Shown: positions 10,459 through 21,764 of the stretch, piece by piece | Numbering within the stretch: position 1 is the stretch's first letter | How the letters are laid out: the number at the start of each line of letters is the position of its first letter | Source: Pirellulales bacterium | Lineage (GTDB): Bacteria; Planctomycetota; Planctomycetia; Pirellulales; PALSA-1355 | NCBI GenBank assembly: GCA_963733035.1 | Contig: CAVTBU010000008.1 | Coordinates: 32,001-96,000 of the forward strand | Length of the DNA: 64,000 nt | Direction: 5' to 3' | Made by a program: the position numbers and the translations under genes | Notes under the pieces: model-generated | Seen by the model: only the letters and a program-made list of their open reading frames with translations | Databases searched by the model: none | What the model was told of the DNA's origin: nothing

Positions 10459-11793
10459 ATGCATCGCTTTCGATTCACGTGTCTCGTTCTCATGCCACTG
10501 TTCGCGGGAATTGCACACGCGCACGAAGACCATCCGCCAAAGGTGCTGGACGAAAGCCTGTACCGGGCGACTCCCATGCCCGACCGGATCATCCTCACCT
10601 GGAACGGCGATCCGGCGCACTCGCAGGCGGTCACCTGGCGTACGGACACTTCCATCAAGAAGGGTTTGGCCGAAATCGCTGTTTCCGAGCCCGGCCCGGG
10701 ATTTGCCAAAAAGGCCAAGCAAGTGGAAGCCACGACCACCTTACACGAAAGCGACTTAGGACCCACTCATTATCACAGCGTGGAGTTCAAGGATCTCACG
10801 CCATCGACCAAATACGCCTACCGCGTTGGCGACGGCACAAACTGGAGCGAGTGGATTCAATTCACGACCGCCAGCGACAAGCCCGAGCCGTTCTCGTTCA
10901 TCTACTTCGGCGACGCCCAGAACGACGTCCGGTCACACTGGTCGCGGGTGATTCGAGAGGCCCACAGCGACGCCCCAAAAGCCCGCTTCATGATTCACGC
11001 CGGCGACCTGATCAACAGCGGGAACCGCGATGCCGAATGGGGTGAGTGGTTCGGCGCCGGCGGCTGGCTGAACGCCATGGTCCCAAGCATCGCCACACCT
11101 GGCAATCACGAATACGCGCACGATCCCGAGCGTCCGCTATTGCGAAGGCAACTTTCCCACCATTGGCGCCCACAGTTTACGCTGCCCGAAAACGGACTCT
11201 CCGGCCTCGAAGAAACGGTCTACTGGATCGACTACCAGGGCGTACGGATCGTGTCGCTCAACTCCAACGAACGCGAAAAGGAACAAGTTCCTTGGCTCGA
11301 GGGAGTATTGAAAGACAACCCAAACAAGTGGACGGTGCTAACGTTCCATCATCCCGTCTATTCCACCGCCAAGGGACGCGACAACCCGGATATTCGCGGA
11401 CTCTGGAAGCCCGTGTTTGACAAGTATCGCGTGGATCTGGTGCTGCAAGGCCACGACCACGGCTACGGCCGTTTTGGGCAGGACCTGTCCGAAAACGTCG
11501 GCAGCGGCGCCAACGCCCGCAGTCCGGAAGGCGGCACGATCTATGTCGTTTCGGTAAGCGGCCCAAAGATGTACCGGGTGGAGCGCACCCCGGCCATGCA
11601 CCGGGCGGCGGAAAACACGCAACTCTATCAGATCGTCTCGATTGACGGCGATACGCTCCGCTACCAGGCTCGCACCGCGACGGGCGAACTCTATGACGCG
11701 TTTCGTCTAGTCAAGCAGCCGGGCGAGATCAACAAACTGGTGGATGAAATTCCCAATACCCCTGAGCGGCTTAACCAACTCGAAGGCAAATAA
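10459..11793 (+). CDS. Purple acid phosphatase-like metallophosphoesterase with N-terminal FN3-like domain
   Basis: Signal peptide; GDAQ, AGDL, GNHE, FHHP and GHDH metal-binding motifs. Confidence 0.9.
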   Translation: MHRFRFTCLVLMPLFAGIAHAHEDHPPKVLDESLYRATPMPDRIILTWNGDPAHSQAVTWRTDTSIKKGLAEIAVSEPGPGFAKKAKQVEATTTLHESDLGPTHYHSVEFKDLTPSTKYAYRVGDGTNWSEWIQFTTASDKPEPFSFIYFGDAQNDVRSHWSRVIREAHSDAPKARFMIHAGDLINSGNRDAEWGEWFGAGGWLNAMVPSIATPGNHEYAHDPERPLLRRQLSHHWRPQFTLPENGLSGLEETVYWIDYQGVRIVSLNSNEREKEQVPWLEGVLKDNPNKWTVLTFHHPVYSTAKGRDNPDIRGLWKPVFDKYRVDLVLQGHDHGYGRFGQDLSENVGSGANARSPEGGTIYVVSVSGPKMYRVERTPAMHRAAENTQLYQIVSIDGDTLRYQARTATGELYDAFRLVKQPGEINKLVDEIPNTPERLNQLEGK

Positions 11794-11801
11794 GCCGGCA
11801 G

Positions 11802-12935
11802 TCAGGCCTTGCTCTCGCTCGCCTTCGGTATCACTGCCACGCGGGGCGCCTTGGACGCGAGCGCGTGGGCGAAGGCAGCGTCGGCCTCGAGTAGCGGATA
11901 TCGGCCCTCAACTAGCTGGGCGAACGGAAACTCAGCCTGCCCCACGCGGAGGAACTCAATCGCTCCAATCAAGTCGGCTGGCGTGTAATTGTGCACACCT
12001 TCGATGCGGAGCAACCGCCGCACGAGAAACTCTGGCGAAAGCGGCACGTCGCGCGTCGGAAATACCGTGCCCACAAGGACGTAATGACCACCCATCCGCA
12101 GAAGCTTTATTCCAGCTTCGATCGCGGCCGGAGAGCCCGACAGTTCGAGTGCCACATCGACACCGTGGCCGGCGGTGACACTCGCGACAGCGTCCGTCAG
12201 AGCACGGGCGTCAGGCTCAATGAGTACGGTCTGCGTTGCGCCAAAGCGTTCTGCCCATTTCAGCCGCTCCTCGTCGAGGTCGGCCACGATCACTTCGCGC
12301 GCTTGCTGATGTCGGGCCATTGCCGCGGCCGTCAAGCCCAACATGCCGGCACCTTGCACCAGGACCGTACGATCACGGCAATCGCCGGCCACGCGCATTG
12401 CGGCCGCGACGGTCGCGGTCGCACAATTGGCCGGACAGGCAACCTCGTCGGGAAGGGAATCGGGGACTTTCAAAATCGCCGTCCCCCGAGCAAGATGACA
12501 ATGCTCGGACAACCCGCCGCTTAGCGGATGCCGGGGATCGGTCCGTTCATGACCGTACTTAAACAGGTGCTCGCATTTCTGCGGCAATCCGAGTTCGCAG
12601 TAAAAGCATGAACCACAACTTGCGGCCACGCTCCACGTCACCCGATCACCTATCGCCAATTTGTGGCCGGCCAGGTCAAGCGGCGGATCGCCGGGACGCA
12701 TTTCGGCGACGCGTCCAATAATCTCGTGTCCTAAAATGGTGGGGAAGGGGGTATCGCGACGGCCCCCAAAACTGTGCAAGTCGCTGCCGCAGAGCGTGGT
12801 ACAAGTGACCTCAACCAACAGCTCGCCCGCGCCAAGTGTTGGCCGCGAGAACTCGCGCAACGCGAGTGGCCGTCCCGGCCCTTCGAATACCATGGCGCAC
12901 GACTTTTTGGTCATCGATTTGGTGGCTACGCTCAT
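11802..12935 (-). CDS. Zinc-binding alcohol dehydrogenase (resembles the phosphonate-catabolism-associated type)
   Basis: CGSDLH, GHE, CGSCFYC...C and GAGMLG motifs; start moved to ATG 12935, which overlaps the MFS stop (ATGA). Confidence 0.85.
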   Translation of the reverse strand: MSVATKSMTKKSCAMVFEGPGRPLALREFSRPTLGAGELLVEVTCTTLCGSDLHSFGGRRDTPFPTILGHEIIGRVAEMRPGDPPLDLAGHKLAIGDRVTWSVAASCGSCFYCELGLPQKCEHLFKYGHERTDPRHPLSGGLSEHCHLARGTAILKVPDSLPDEVACPANCATATVAAAMRVAGDCRDRTVLVQGAGMLGLTAAAMARHQQAREVIVADLDEERLKWAERFGATQTVLIEPDARALTDAVASVTAGHGVDVALELSGSPAAIEAGIKLLRMGGHYVLVGTVFPTRDVPLSPEFLVRRLLRIEGVHNYTPADLIGAIEFLRVGQAEFPFAQLVEGRYPLLEADAAFAHALASKAPRVAVIPKASESKA

Positions 12936-14356
12936 GACGTTCCTCCTGTTGCTGACGAACGCGAACCGGTAGTCCATACGCTCAGCGCCGCCAGCCCGGC
13001 CCCCATACCCGTCACCGACGCGAGCACAAGAAACAAAGCCGGATAGCCATAACCGGCACGGTCGCCGATCAAGTATCCAAGCACAGGGCCCTGCAGGGCG
13101 GCGCCACCGTAGGCTAGCGCATCCATTAGTCCCACGGCCGTACCTGAATTCTCGCGTCCGACGACGTCCGGGCAAATCGCCCACAGCGGACCTTGCGCAC
13201 CATAAACGAAGAAACCCGCCAGAAACAAGAGAGCAATCCCCAGGCGTTGATCGCCGACGGCCGATACCGGATTGGCTCGCATGATCAAGAAGCAAACAGC
13301 GCTAATGACCAGAAAGATGGCTACGACCGCGGCACGACGCCTGAGGAACCAGCGATCGGAACAGTATCCGCCGACCACCGCCCCCAGGCCCATGCCAATG
13401 GGCAAAGCCAGGGTCAATTTCAGCGCATCGTTCACTCCCAGCCCCGAATCGCTGTAGTACGCGGTCGTCCAGGTAAGCAATCCATAGCGTGCAAAGCTTT
13501 GGAAAACAATCACCACGGCAGCCAGCAAGAAGGCGGGGTTGCCCAGCACGGCCCGGTACCGATCGAACCAATGCATGACCTCGGCCGATGACGCAGCCCC
13601 GTCAGATTCTTCGGCCATACAATCGTCGCCGAGTGGTGGCAGGCCCACCTCCTCGGGCTCATCGCGAACCAGCAAATAAAACAACACTCCGGCCGCGCCA
13701 AGCGATAGCACCGGCAAGCGGAATAACCAGCGCCAGCGGCTCGGATCATCGTCCGCGAATTGCGCGAGGACCAAATCGCTCGTACACCACACCATCACGG
13801 TCGCCGCGCCGGCCGAAAGCATGTACAAACCGAACGCCAAGCCACGGCGATCGCGAGGCCACCAGATCGAAATCAGCCGCCCGCCAGGCGCCCAGCCCAT
13901 GCTTTGCACGAAGCCGTTGGCCCCCCAAACCACCAACAGCCAGAAGGCTGTATCGAGGAAACTAAACACCCAGCAGAGAACCATCGAACCGAGCGCTCCG
14001 AGCGTAACCATCCGACGCGCACCGAGCCAATCACCGAGATTGCCGTTGATGGCCTGCCCGACGCCGTAAGTCGCCAGCGCCGCGGCCGCGAGCCATCCGA
14101 GTTGCTGCTTGGAGTACCCCAAATCCCGTTCCATCAGTGGCATGGCGTGGCCGATCGCCAGCCGCCCCGTGTAATAAAACAGGTAGCAGCCCATCAGTGC
14201 GACCAGCACGCGCCATTGCCAGAAGCGAAAACGGGAGTCCAAAGAGGAGACGTCGGCGTTCAAACTGATCCCAGAAGTCGAAGGAGTTATGAGGGATGAC
14301 ACCAATCCCGGGACAATGAAATTGTTCCTTGTGTCAGGATACAGCAGGCCGGGCAT
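12932..14356 (-). CDS. MFS transporter, organophosphate:Pi antiporter (GlpT/UhpC-like)
   Basis: YLFYYTGR, YGVGQAINGNLGD and NGFVQSMGWAP motifs; multiple transmembrane segments. Confidence 0.85.
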   Translation of the reverse strand: MPGLLYPDTRNNFIVPGLVSSLITPSTSGISLNADVSSLDSRFRFWQWRVLVALMGCYLFYYTGRLAIGHAMPLMERDLGYSKQQLGWLAAAALATYGVGQAINGNLGDWLGARRMVTLGALGSMVLCWVFSFLDTAFWLLVVWGANGFVQSMGWAPGGRLISIWWPRDRRGLAFGLYMLSAGAATVMVWCTSDLVLAQFADDDPSRWRWLFRLPVLSLGAAGVLFYLLVRDEPEEVGLPPLGDDCMAEESDGAASSAEVMHWFDRYRAVLGNPAFLLAAVVIVFQSFARYGLLTWTTAYYSDSGLGVNDALKLTLALPIGMGLGAVVGGYCSDRWFLRRRAAVVAIFLVISAVCFLIMRANPVSAVGDQRLGIALLFLAGFFVYGAQGPLWAICPDVVGRENSGTAVGLMDALAYGGAALQGPVLGYLIGDRAGYGYPALFLVLASVTGMGAGLAALSVWTTGSRSSATGGTS

Positions 14357-14449
14357 GCGTCGCAGGTGAACACGCGTTTCTCACATTTCGTCGTCGCCGC
14401 TACAATAAGCGTCCGACAAAAGGCCTCTGCCCTTGAACAGGAATTGCAA

Positions 14450-15685
14450 GTGAGCAAGACCCACCGACTTCGCCGGCTCTTACACCCACGTCGCGCAGCG
14501 CCAGGCTCCGCACCAGGCACTCTCGTCGCCGATCCACGAGCGCCCAAGCCCGTCGTTCACGTCTTGGCCTATGACGGCCAGAAGTACACGGAGCGCGATT
14601 TACGCACGTCAGCGGAGATCAAACAACTTCCTCAAATCCTTGAACAACATCAGGTCACGTGGGTTAATGTCCATGGCCTGGGCGATACCGAGATCGTCGG
14701 ACGTTTAGGTGAAATCTTTGGACTGCACCCGCTGGCCTTGGAAGATGTGCTCAACAATCATCAGCGATCCAAGGTTGAGCAATACGGCGACAACTTGTTC
14801 ATCGTCGCCCGGATGCTCGAAGGCGGCATGACGATGGCCACCGATCAGCTTGGAATGTTCCTGGGCAAGAACTACGTCGTGACGTTCCAGCACTTGCACG
14901 GAGACTGTTTCGACCCATTGCGCGAGCGTATCCGCCGCGAACGTGGAATCATTCGAACCTCGGGTCCCGACTACCTGGCGTATGCCATTCTCGACGGCGT
15001 GGTGGACTCCTACTTCCCCATTTGCGAAGGCTTTGGCGACCACATCGAATCGCTCGAGGAAGAGATTATTCGCGAAGTCGACGGTGAAGTCGTCTCGCGA
15101 ATCCACAATGTAAAAAGTAAGCTCCTGGTCATCCGCAAGGCAGTCTGGCCACTGCGCGACGCCCTGCATATCCTGGTGCGCGATCCCATTCCGCTGATTA
15201 CCGAGAATACGCGCATTTATTTGCGCAACTGCGCCGACCACACGTTTCAGATCATTGATCTCGTGGAAACATACCGCGAGTTGTCGTCCAACCTGATGGA
15301 TCTGTATCACTCGGTGCTCGCCAACCGCACGAACGAAGTCATGCAAATGCTGACCGTGATTGCCACGATCTTCATCCCCCTCACGTTCATCGTCGGCGTC
15401 TACGGCATGAATTTCACATACATGCCCGAATTGCGCTGGCGTTATGGCTACGCCATGGTCTGGTGCAGCATGGCCTTCGTGGCCGGCAGTCTGCTGTGGT
15501 ATTTCAAAAAGAAGGACTGGCTCCCGCGCCGAGAGCGGCCGCAACTTCCAACCAATAGCGACCAAAACGGCGAACCGCGCGGCTACGCGCGATTTTATCT
15601 GGATCGGTCAAATCTGGTTGATGGCGCTCGAGTGCGGCCCGGCCACTCCGTCAATCGTCGTGGGTCGAGGGGCGAACGCGCTTGA
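14450..15685 (+). CDS. corA: Magnesium/cobalt transporter CorA
   Basis: GLHPLALEDV, YGMNF...MPEL signature; GTG start at 14450 chosen. Confidence 0.92.
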   Translation: MSKTHRLRRLLHPRRAAPGSAPGTLVADPRAPKPVVHVLAYDGQKYTERDLRTSAEIKQLPQILEQHQVTWVNVHGLGDTEIVGRLGEIFGLHPLALEDVLNNHQRSKVEQYGDNLFIVARMLEGGMTMATDQLGMFLGKNYVVTFQHLHGDCFDPLRERIRRERGIIRTSGPDYLAYAILDGVVDSYFPICEGFGDHIESLEEEIIREVDGEVVSRIHNVKSKLLVIRKAVWPLRDALHILVRDPIPLITENTRIYLRNCADHTFQIIDLVETYRELSSNLMDLYHSVLANRTNEVMQMLTVIATIFIPLTFIVGVYGMNFTYMPELRWRYGYAMVWCSMAFVAGSLLWYFKKKDWLPRRERPQLPTNSDQNGEPRGYARFYLDRSNLVDGARVRPGHSVNRRGSRGERA

Positions 15686-15724
15686 GTTGCCGGCGCGAAT
15701 TCCGTTCGAGTCGAGCCAAATGCC

Positions 15725-17557
15725 TTACGCGCGACGACGGGCCTGCTTGCGACGTTCGGTTTCGCTCAACACGATCTTGCGCAAGCGAACGCTCGCTGGT
15801 GTCACTTCAACCAATTCGTCTTCCTCGATGTACTCGAGGGCGGCTTCCAGGTTTAAGAGGCGCGGTGGCTTGAGCAGGATATTGCGATCACTGCCGGAAG
15901 CTCGCATGTTCGTGAGTTTTTTCTCCTTGGTCGGATTGACGGCCATGTCATCATTGCGGCTATTCTCACCGACGATCATGCCCTCATAGACCACATCGCC
16001 CGGGCCGACAAACATCTCGGCCCGCTCCTGCAATCCATCCAGACCGAAGGCCACCGCCTTGCCCGACACCATCGACACCAGCACACCGTTGGCGCGGCCG
16101 ACAATTTCGCCCTCCATCGGCCGGTACACCTCGAAACGATGATGCATGATCGCCGTGCCCTGTGTGGCATTGAGCAACCGCGTTCGCAGGCCAATTAATC
16201 CCCGAGCAGGAATCGAAAACGCAACGTGCGCATATTCTCCGCGAGTATTCATTTCAATCATCTGACCGCGGCGCGCTCCGACCAATTCCATTACCGTGCC
16301 CAGCTTATCGTGCGGCACTTCCACGATCAGCGATTCGAACGGCTCCTCGGTAATCCCGTCGCGGTCGCGCAGAATGACCTGTGGTTTGCCGACAGACAGC
16401 TCATAACCTTCGCGGCGCATGGTTTCGATGAGCACGCTCAAGTGCAGCAAGCCTCGGCCACTCACGGCATAGGCATCCGAACCGGCGACGGGCTCGACCC
16501 GCAGTGCCACGTTCCGTTCGAGTTCCTTGTAAAGCCGGTCTCGCAGATGCCGGCTCGTCACGTATTTACCTTCGCGGCCGGCCAGCGGTGAGCTATTGAT
16601 ACTGAAGATCATCTGCAGTGTCGGCTCGTCGACAGCCACGCGCGGCATGGCTTGCCGCAGGTTCACGTCGCTCACGGTGTCACCGATCTCAACGTTTTCC
16701 AACCCTACCAGGGCGACAATGTCGCCGGCCGTTGCTTCGTTGACTTCCGTGCGGCCCAACTTGTCAAACGTATACAGGTTGATCACTTTGCAAACCGACT
16801 GTCGGTCGCCGGACTGCATCAGGGCCACTTGTTGCCCCTTGTTCACCTTGCCCGAAAAAATGCGCCCCACGGCGATGCGTCCCACGTAGTCGGACCAATC
16901 GAGTGTGGTCACCAGCATTTGCAATGGCGATTCGGCGTCGATTTCCGGCCCGGGAATGTGCTCGAGGACCATGTCCAAGAGCGGCCGCATCGACTCGCCC
17001 TTCACGTCGGGGTCAGTGGTGGCGAAACCGTCGCGACCGCTGGCATAGATGTGCGGAAAGTCAGCCAGATGCTCGGCCCCTAATTCCAGGAACAGCTCGA
17101 AAACCTCGTCGAGCACCTCCAGCGGCCGGGCGTCCGGGCGATCGATCTTGTTGATTACGACGAGTGGTTGCAGTCCGACTTCGAGCGCCTTGGTTAGCAC
17201 AAATCGCGTTTGCGGCATCGGGCCTTCCGCCGCGTCCACAAGCACCAGTGCACCGCTGGCCATCCGTAGAACTCGTTCGACCTCACCGCCAAAGTCGGCG
17301 TGCCCGGGCGTGTCGATGACGTTGATCTTCACGCCCCGATAGGGGAGGGCGATGTTCTTGGCGAGGATCGTTATCCCGCGTTCGCGTTCCAGATCGTTCG
17401 AGTCGAGAATGCAGTCGCCCACCAATTGGCTCTCGCGGTACTCTCCGCTCTGGCGCAAAAGGGCGTCGACCAACGTTGTCTTGCCGTGGTCGACGTGGGC
17501 AATGATGGCAATGTTGCGGATGTCTTCGCGTTGCATGACAACGGGTTCAGTTTGCAT
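15725..17557 (-). CDS. typA: Translational GTPase TypA/BipA
   Basis: [23 protein letters not shown] and C-terminal [10 protein letters not shown] motifs. Confidence 0.96.
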   Translation of the reverse strand: MQTEPVVMQREDIRNIAIIAHVDHGKTTLVDALLRQSGEYRESQLVGDCILDSNDLERERGITILAKNIALPYRGVKINVIDTPGHADFGGEVERVLRMASGALVLVDAAEGPMPQTRFVLTKALEVGLQPLVVINKIDRPDARPLEVLDEVFELFLELGAEHLADFPHIYASGRDGFATTDPDVKGESMRPLLDMVLEHIPGPEIDAESPLQMLVTTLDWSDYVGRIAVGRIFSGKVNKGQQVALMQSGDRQSVCKVINLYTFDKLGRTEVNEATAGDIVALVGLENVEIGDTVSDVNLRQAMPRVAVDEPTLQMIFSINSSPLAGREGKYVTSRHLRDRLYKELERNVALRVEPVAGSDAYAVSGRGLLHLSVLIETMRREGYELSVGKPQVILRDRDGITEEPFESLIVEVPHDKLGTVMELVGARRGQMIEMNTRGEYAHVAFSIPARGLIGLRTRLLNATQGTAIMHHRFEVYRPMEGEIVGRANGVLVSMVSGKAVAFGLDGLQERAEMFVGPGDVVYEGMIVGENSRNDDMAVNPTKEKKLTNMRASGSDRNILLKPPRLLNLEAALEYIEEDELVEVTPASVRLRKIVLSETERRKQARRRA

Positions 17558-17989
17558 AAGCTTGGAGACCTGGCGGATCCGTTCCGGTGGGGAAGATCGA
17601 GTGCTGGGGGCGTCGTGCCCTGGTTTTAGGTTCGCCGGGGGCGTGACAGCACTCGTGCGAAAAAGCCGGCATCGGCCGGCCTGGCACATTTGGGGGAATC
17701 AAGCTCTCTATTCTATTGCAAAACCCGCGTTTTACATAGAGGCAGTGCTGCTCCAAGTGCGTTTAACACAACTCTCATACTGGCCGTCGGTCGACGCTTT
17801 GGTCGCTTTGTGAAAGCGTTGCGGTCGGTACCTCTTAAAGGAACGCCGCCCAGCCCCCTCATTTCTCGCTTCTTAACCGTGATAGCTGACAATTTCGCCA
17901 AATCCGGAAAACTCCCTCAAATCGGTAGAGTTTTACGGCCGATAACGGGGACGAACGTCGTTCAGAACCCGGTTTCGTGGGGATGTGCC

Positions 17990-20353
17990 ATGTCTGGCCG
18001 TAAAGTAATCGTAACGATTGTCTGCTTGGTGGGAATTCACGTCGCCGTGTCCACCTTTGCACAGGACGAGACCAGATCCGCGCCTCGCCGCCCGTCGCTC
18101 GCCGAGCGGCTGCAGCGATTTCGCCAGGACCTGTTCGGTGGAGACTCGAGCCGGCAGCGTATCGGGGACGAAGTCCCCGGTCCACGTTCTAACGGCTGGG
18201 CATTACCCAACGGGTCAAGCAGTTCGCGTCCCGTAATGGTAGCGCCACCCGGACCGCAACCCCAGCCATCAATGGCCGAAGCGTCACCAACTGCACAGCC
18301 CCAGAATTCTCGCTCGATCACGGTGTCGCCTCGGATGCAACTTCAATCGGCACGCCGCGCCAAGAGCGGTGCCCCACCGGTAACGGTGATCACGCCCAAC
18401 GGCGACAAAACGGCCACCAGACTAAACACCGGTTCACCGCGCCGCCCTCTTCAGGAGACGCGCCGCCGGGCCCTTGGCGAGCCCGCCGCCGAAGAGGCCG
18501 AAGAAATCGAGATCATCGAGGAAGATGTCGTGCAGCGAGTCGACGAGCCGCTCGACAACGACCCGGAAGACGCGCAAGCAATGGAAGTGGTCGAGGAATC
18601 CATCGCCGAAGTTCCGTCCGAACAACCGACGGCGGCGGCCGAAACCAATCCGATCAGAGGCGACGCCCCAACCGACTGGCAGCACTACGGCGAAGAATCG
18701 CCGGAGCCGACTGAGTCTGAGGTTGACATCGAGGAAGCGGCGCCGCGAACCTTCCAGAATGGAAACAAACTACGACCGACTGAGCAGGACGCGTCGGTCG
18801 ACGAGCCGCAGTCAACCGCTACCGCCGAACCCGTCGCTGTTCCGCTCGAGGAATCGACCAGCGACGTGTTATTTACGACACAAAGTCCGGTGCTTGCCGT
18901 GGTCGCGAGCGGACCGCGAACCGTCATGATCGGGGAAGAGGCGGAGTTCGTCGTCAAGGTGACGAACTCAGGCGCCGCGGCCAACAACGTCGCAATCAAG
19001 GTGATCGTTCCGCACTATGCCGACGTGGCTTCGTCCCGCCCGAGCTCGGGCAGCGCCCAGCCGCCGTCGCGCGGCGATTTGAATTCGGGCCTGGAATGGA
19101 CCATCGACCGACTCGAAGCCGGCGACGAGGAATCGCTGACCCTAAAACTCATTCCGCGCAAGAGCTCACCGCTCGATCTGGCCGTGAGTTACACGTTCGC
19201 GCCCGAGACCTCACAGACGATGGTCGAAGTGCAAGAGCCGAAGCTGGCCATGAACATTTCCGGTCCAAGCGAAGTGCTGTTTGGCCAAACCAAAGTGTAC
19301 AAGCTGACTATTTCCAATCCGGGCAACGGTGACACACACAATGTCTCGGTGGGATTGCAGCCCATCGGCCGCAGCGGTGAAACGCAGGGCACCCATCGCC
19401 TGGGCACACTAGCGGCCGGCGAAAGCAAGACGATTGACATCGAACTGACGGCGCGACAGGCCGGGCCTATTGCGATCAAGGCACAAAGCTTTGCCGATGG
19501 CGGACTCCGAGCCGAAGCGGCCCAGGAAGTGCTCGTGCGCCGGGCGGAGTTGCAAGTCAAAGTCGAGGCACCTCACGTCAAGTACGCTGGGACACCGGCC
19601 AGCTACCAGATCATCGTACAAAACACTGGCGACGCTCTGGCCGACGGCGTCGAACTATCGGCTGTGCTGCCGCCCGAAGCCAAGTTTCTGGCCGCCGGCG
19701 GCGGACGTCTCGATCCGCAACAGGGACGTGTCACTTGGATCGTCGGGGCGCTTCCGGCGGGTGGCGAACGACTCTTTGAACTGCAATGCGTCCTCAACAC
19801 TCCCGGCGAGAATCGCCTGCAAGTCTCCGTCGACGGTGGCGGCGAACTTACGGCCGCCGCTACCACGAGCACGCGTGTCGAAGCGATCGCCGATCTCAAA
19901 CTCGAGGTCCGCGACCCCCAAGGCCCAGTCGCGGTGGGTGACGATGCAGCCTATGAGATTCGGATTCGCAACCGCGGCACAAAGGCCGCCCAGGGCGTCG
20001 ACCTGGCAGTGTTCTTTTCCGAGGGGCTTGAGCCGACAACCGCCGACGGCGGACCGAATGACATCGGCACCGGCCAGGTCATATTCCGGCCCATCGCGTC
20101 GATTCCCGCCGGCGACACCGCCGTATTCCAGGTTCGCGCTCGCGCTGCCTCGCCCGGCAACCATGTGTTCCGGGCCGAGGTATTCTGCAAGGCGCTCGAT
20201 ACCAAACTTGCAGCCGAGGAGGCGACGCACTTCTACGGCGACCAGCGAACCGCTGCGCTACCCAAGCGTGAGCCGACGCTGGCCAAGCCTCGCGAAGCCA
20301 GCGACGAACCTCAGGCGCTGGAAGACGCCCCACCGACCAACCCCTACGAGTAG
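17990..20353 (+). CDS. Secreted DUF11/CARDB Ig-like repeat protein
   Basis: Signal peptide MSGRKVIVTIVCLVG, low-complexity acidic linker, repeated YxIxxxNxG beta-sandwich units. Confidence 0.75.
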   Translation: MSGRKVIVTIVCLVGIHVAVSTFAQDETRSAPRRPSLAERLQRFRQDLFGGDSSRQRIGDEVPGPRSNGWALPNGSSSSRPVMVAPPGPQPQPSMAEASPTAQPQNSRSITVSPRMQLQSARRAKSGAPPVTVITPNGDKTATRLNTGSPRRPLQETRRRALGEPAAEEAEEIEIIEEDVVQRVDEPLDNDPEDAQAMEVVEESIAEVPSEQPTAAAETNPIRGDAPTDWQHYGEESPEPTESEVDIEEAAPRTFQNGNKLRPTEQDASVDEPQSTATAEPVAVPLEESTSDVLFTTQSPVLAVVASGPRTVMIGEEAEFVVKVTNSGAAANNVAIKVIVPHYADVASSRPSSGSAQPPSRGDLNSGLEWTIDRLEAGDEESLTLKLIPRKSSPLDLAVSYTFAPETSQTMVEVQEPKLAMNISGPSEVLFGQTKVYKLTISNPGNGDTHNVSVGLQPIGRSGETQGTHRLGTLAAGESKTIDIELTARQAGPIAIKAQSFADGGLRAEAAQEVLVRRAELQVKVEAPHVKYAGTPASYQIIVQNTGDALADGVELSAVLPPEAKFLAAGGGRLDPQQGRVTWIVGALPAGGERLFELQCVLNTPGENRLQVSVDGGGELTAAATTSTRVEAIADLKLEVRDPQGPVAVGDDAAYEIRIRNRGTKAAQGVDLAVFFSEGLEPTTADGGPNDIGTGQVIFRPIASIPAGDTAVFQVRARAASPGNHVFRAEVFCKALDTKLAAEEATHFYGDQRTAALPKREPTLAKPREASDEPQALEDAPPTNPYE

Positions 20354-20661
20354 TCCACTCGCAGGTGGTCCGTCTGCGTGCTCAAGTCGCCTCCAGGTCG
20401 GGTGCTACCCCCGCTTTACTTCGGTTGACGGTCAATTCGCCGGCCACGTCAGCGAGCTTCACGCCTCCCCTCCCGACAGCCGACTGGCGACTCAAGCCAT
20501 TTGGCTACAGGGGTTTATACGCGATCACCGGCACGCATAAACCAATGTTTGTCGGTCGGCACGCTTCGGCTATAATTCGCCGCCCTTGAGCCGGGGACCT
20601 TGGCTCTGGAGCCTCGCGCGAGGCGACCATCAATCCACTGCGGGCACGCGAAATAGATTTC

Positions 20662-21720
20662 ATGCGCGGATTGCATTGTTGCGGACTACTGATTGCGGTG
20701 CTGGCCGGCGCCGGTTGCGGAACGACCAAGTGGTCGGATTCGCCACGGACCGCCACGGAACAATTGCTGATTTCCGACGCCGTTGATCGTGCGGTCAGCG
20801 AGATCGACTTTAGCGCGCTCGAAGACCGCAGCGTCTATCTCGACACGCGGTTCATCGCCACCACGCTCGACCAGAATTACGTAACTAGTACGCTTCGGCA
20901 GCACATGTTGGCCAGCGGTTGTGTTATCAAAGACAAACCGGAGGAATCGGACTACGTCGTCGAGGTCCGCACCGGTTCGCTGGGCACCAATCGCAACGAT
21001 GTCTTGATTGGCATTCCGGCCACGCAGCTCCCCAGCGTCGGCTTGCTTCCCACCGGGGCCGCCGCGATCCCTGAAATCGCGCTGTCCAAACGCACTAGCC
21101 AGCAGGCCGTCTGCAAGATTGCTGTTTTCGCGTACGATCGCATGTCCGGGCGTCCCGTGTGGCAATCAGGAAATCGCAAGGTCGCAAGCTCCTCCAAGGA
21201 CATTTGGCTCTTCGGAACCGGACCGTTCCAACGAGGCAACATCTATGACGGCACGGCATTCGCCGGCGAGAAAATCAAAGTCCCCTTGCGAAAAACAGAT
21301 AACGTCCGGAAGAGTGCGACCAGCATGTCTGTCGGACAGGAACGCCGATTCAACCACCGGGCCGAAAATCAACTCGACGACTCTGGCAAGGTGGAAAATG
21401 CCGGCTACTCATCGCCGCTTCCAAAAGTCGAAAACCCTGGTGTAACGCCGGCCGTCGAAACTCCCGCCGGCGTGCCAGCGACGGCCGCCAAACCCGACGC
21501 CAAAGCAGGTGCCAAAGTTGACGCCGACACACCGCGAAAAGCCGCCTACACACCGCCGCCGTCGAAGCCTGCGACCACGGCGCCTGCCGGTAGCGGGCTG
21601 CAGGGAAATCTAAGCGCGCAAAAGATTGCGCCTATCACCAACCCGGCAGTCACGACAGCTGGGGCCGTGCAGACCTTCAACATCGCTCGACAGCTGCTGG
21701 ACAAGAATCAAACGCCGTGA
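20662..21720 (+). CDS. Lipoprotein of unknown function
   Basis: Lipobox LAGAGC; RTATEQLLISDAVDRAV segment. Confidence 0.75.
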   Translation: MRGLHCCGLLIAVLAGAGCGTTKWSDSPRTATEQLLISDAVDRAVSEIDFSALEDRSVYLDTRFIATTLDQNYVTSTLRQHMLASGCVIKDKPEESDYVVEVRTGSLGTNRNDVLIGIPATQLPSVGLLPTGAAAIPEIALSKRTSQQAVCKIAVFAYDRMSGRPVWQSGNRKVASSSKDIWLFGTGPFQRGNIYDGTAFAGEKIKVPLRKTDNVRKSATSMSVGQERRFNHRAENQLDDSGKVENAGYSSPLPKVENPGVTPAVETPAGVPATAAKPDAKAGAKVDADTPRKAAYTPPPSKPATTAPAGSGLQGNLSAQKIAPITNPAVTTAGAVQTFNIARQLLDKNQTP

Positions 21721-21764
21721 TGAGCCGTGGCGATCTGCCAGAACTGGCGGTCGTTTCGGCCCGG

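Noticed and set aside
12936..13295. Long N-terminus of the 497-aa dehydrogenase ORF
   Set aside because: It overlaps the MFS gene out of frame; ATG 12935 gives standard translational coupling.
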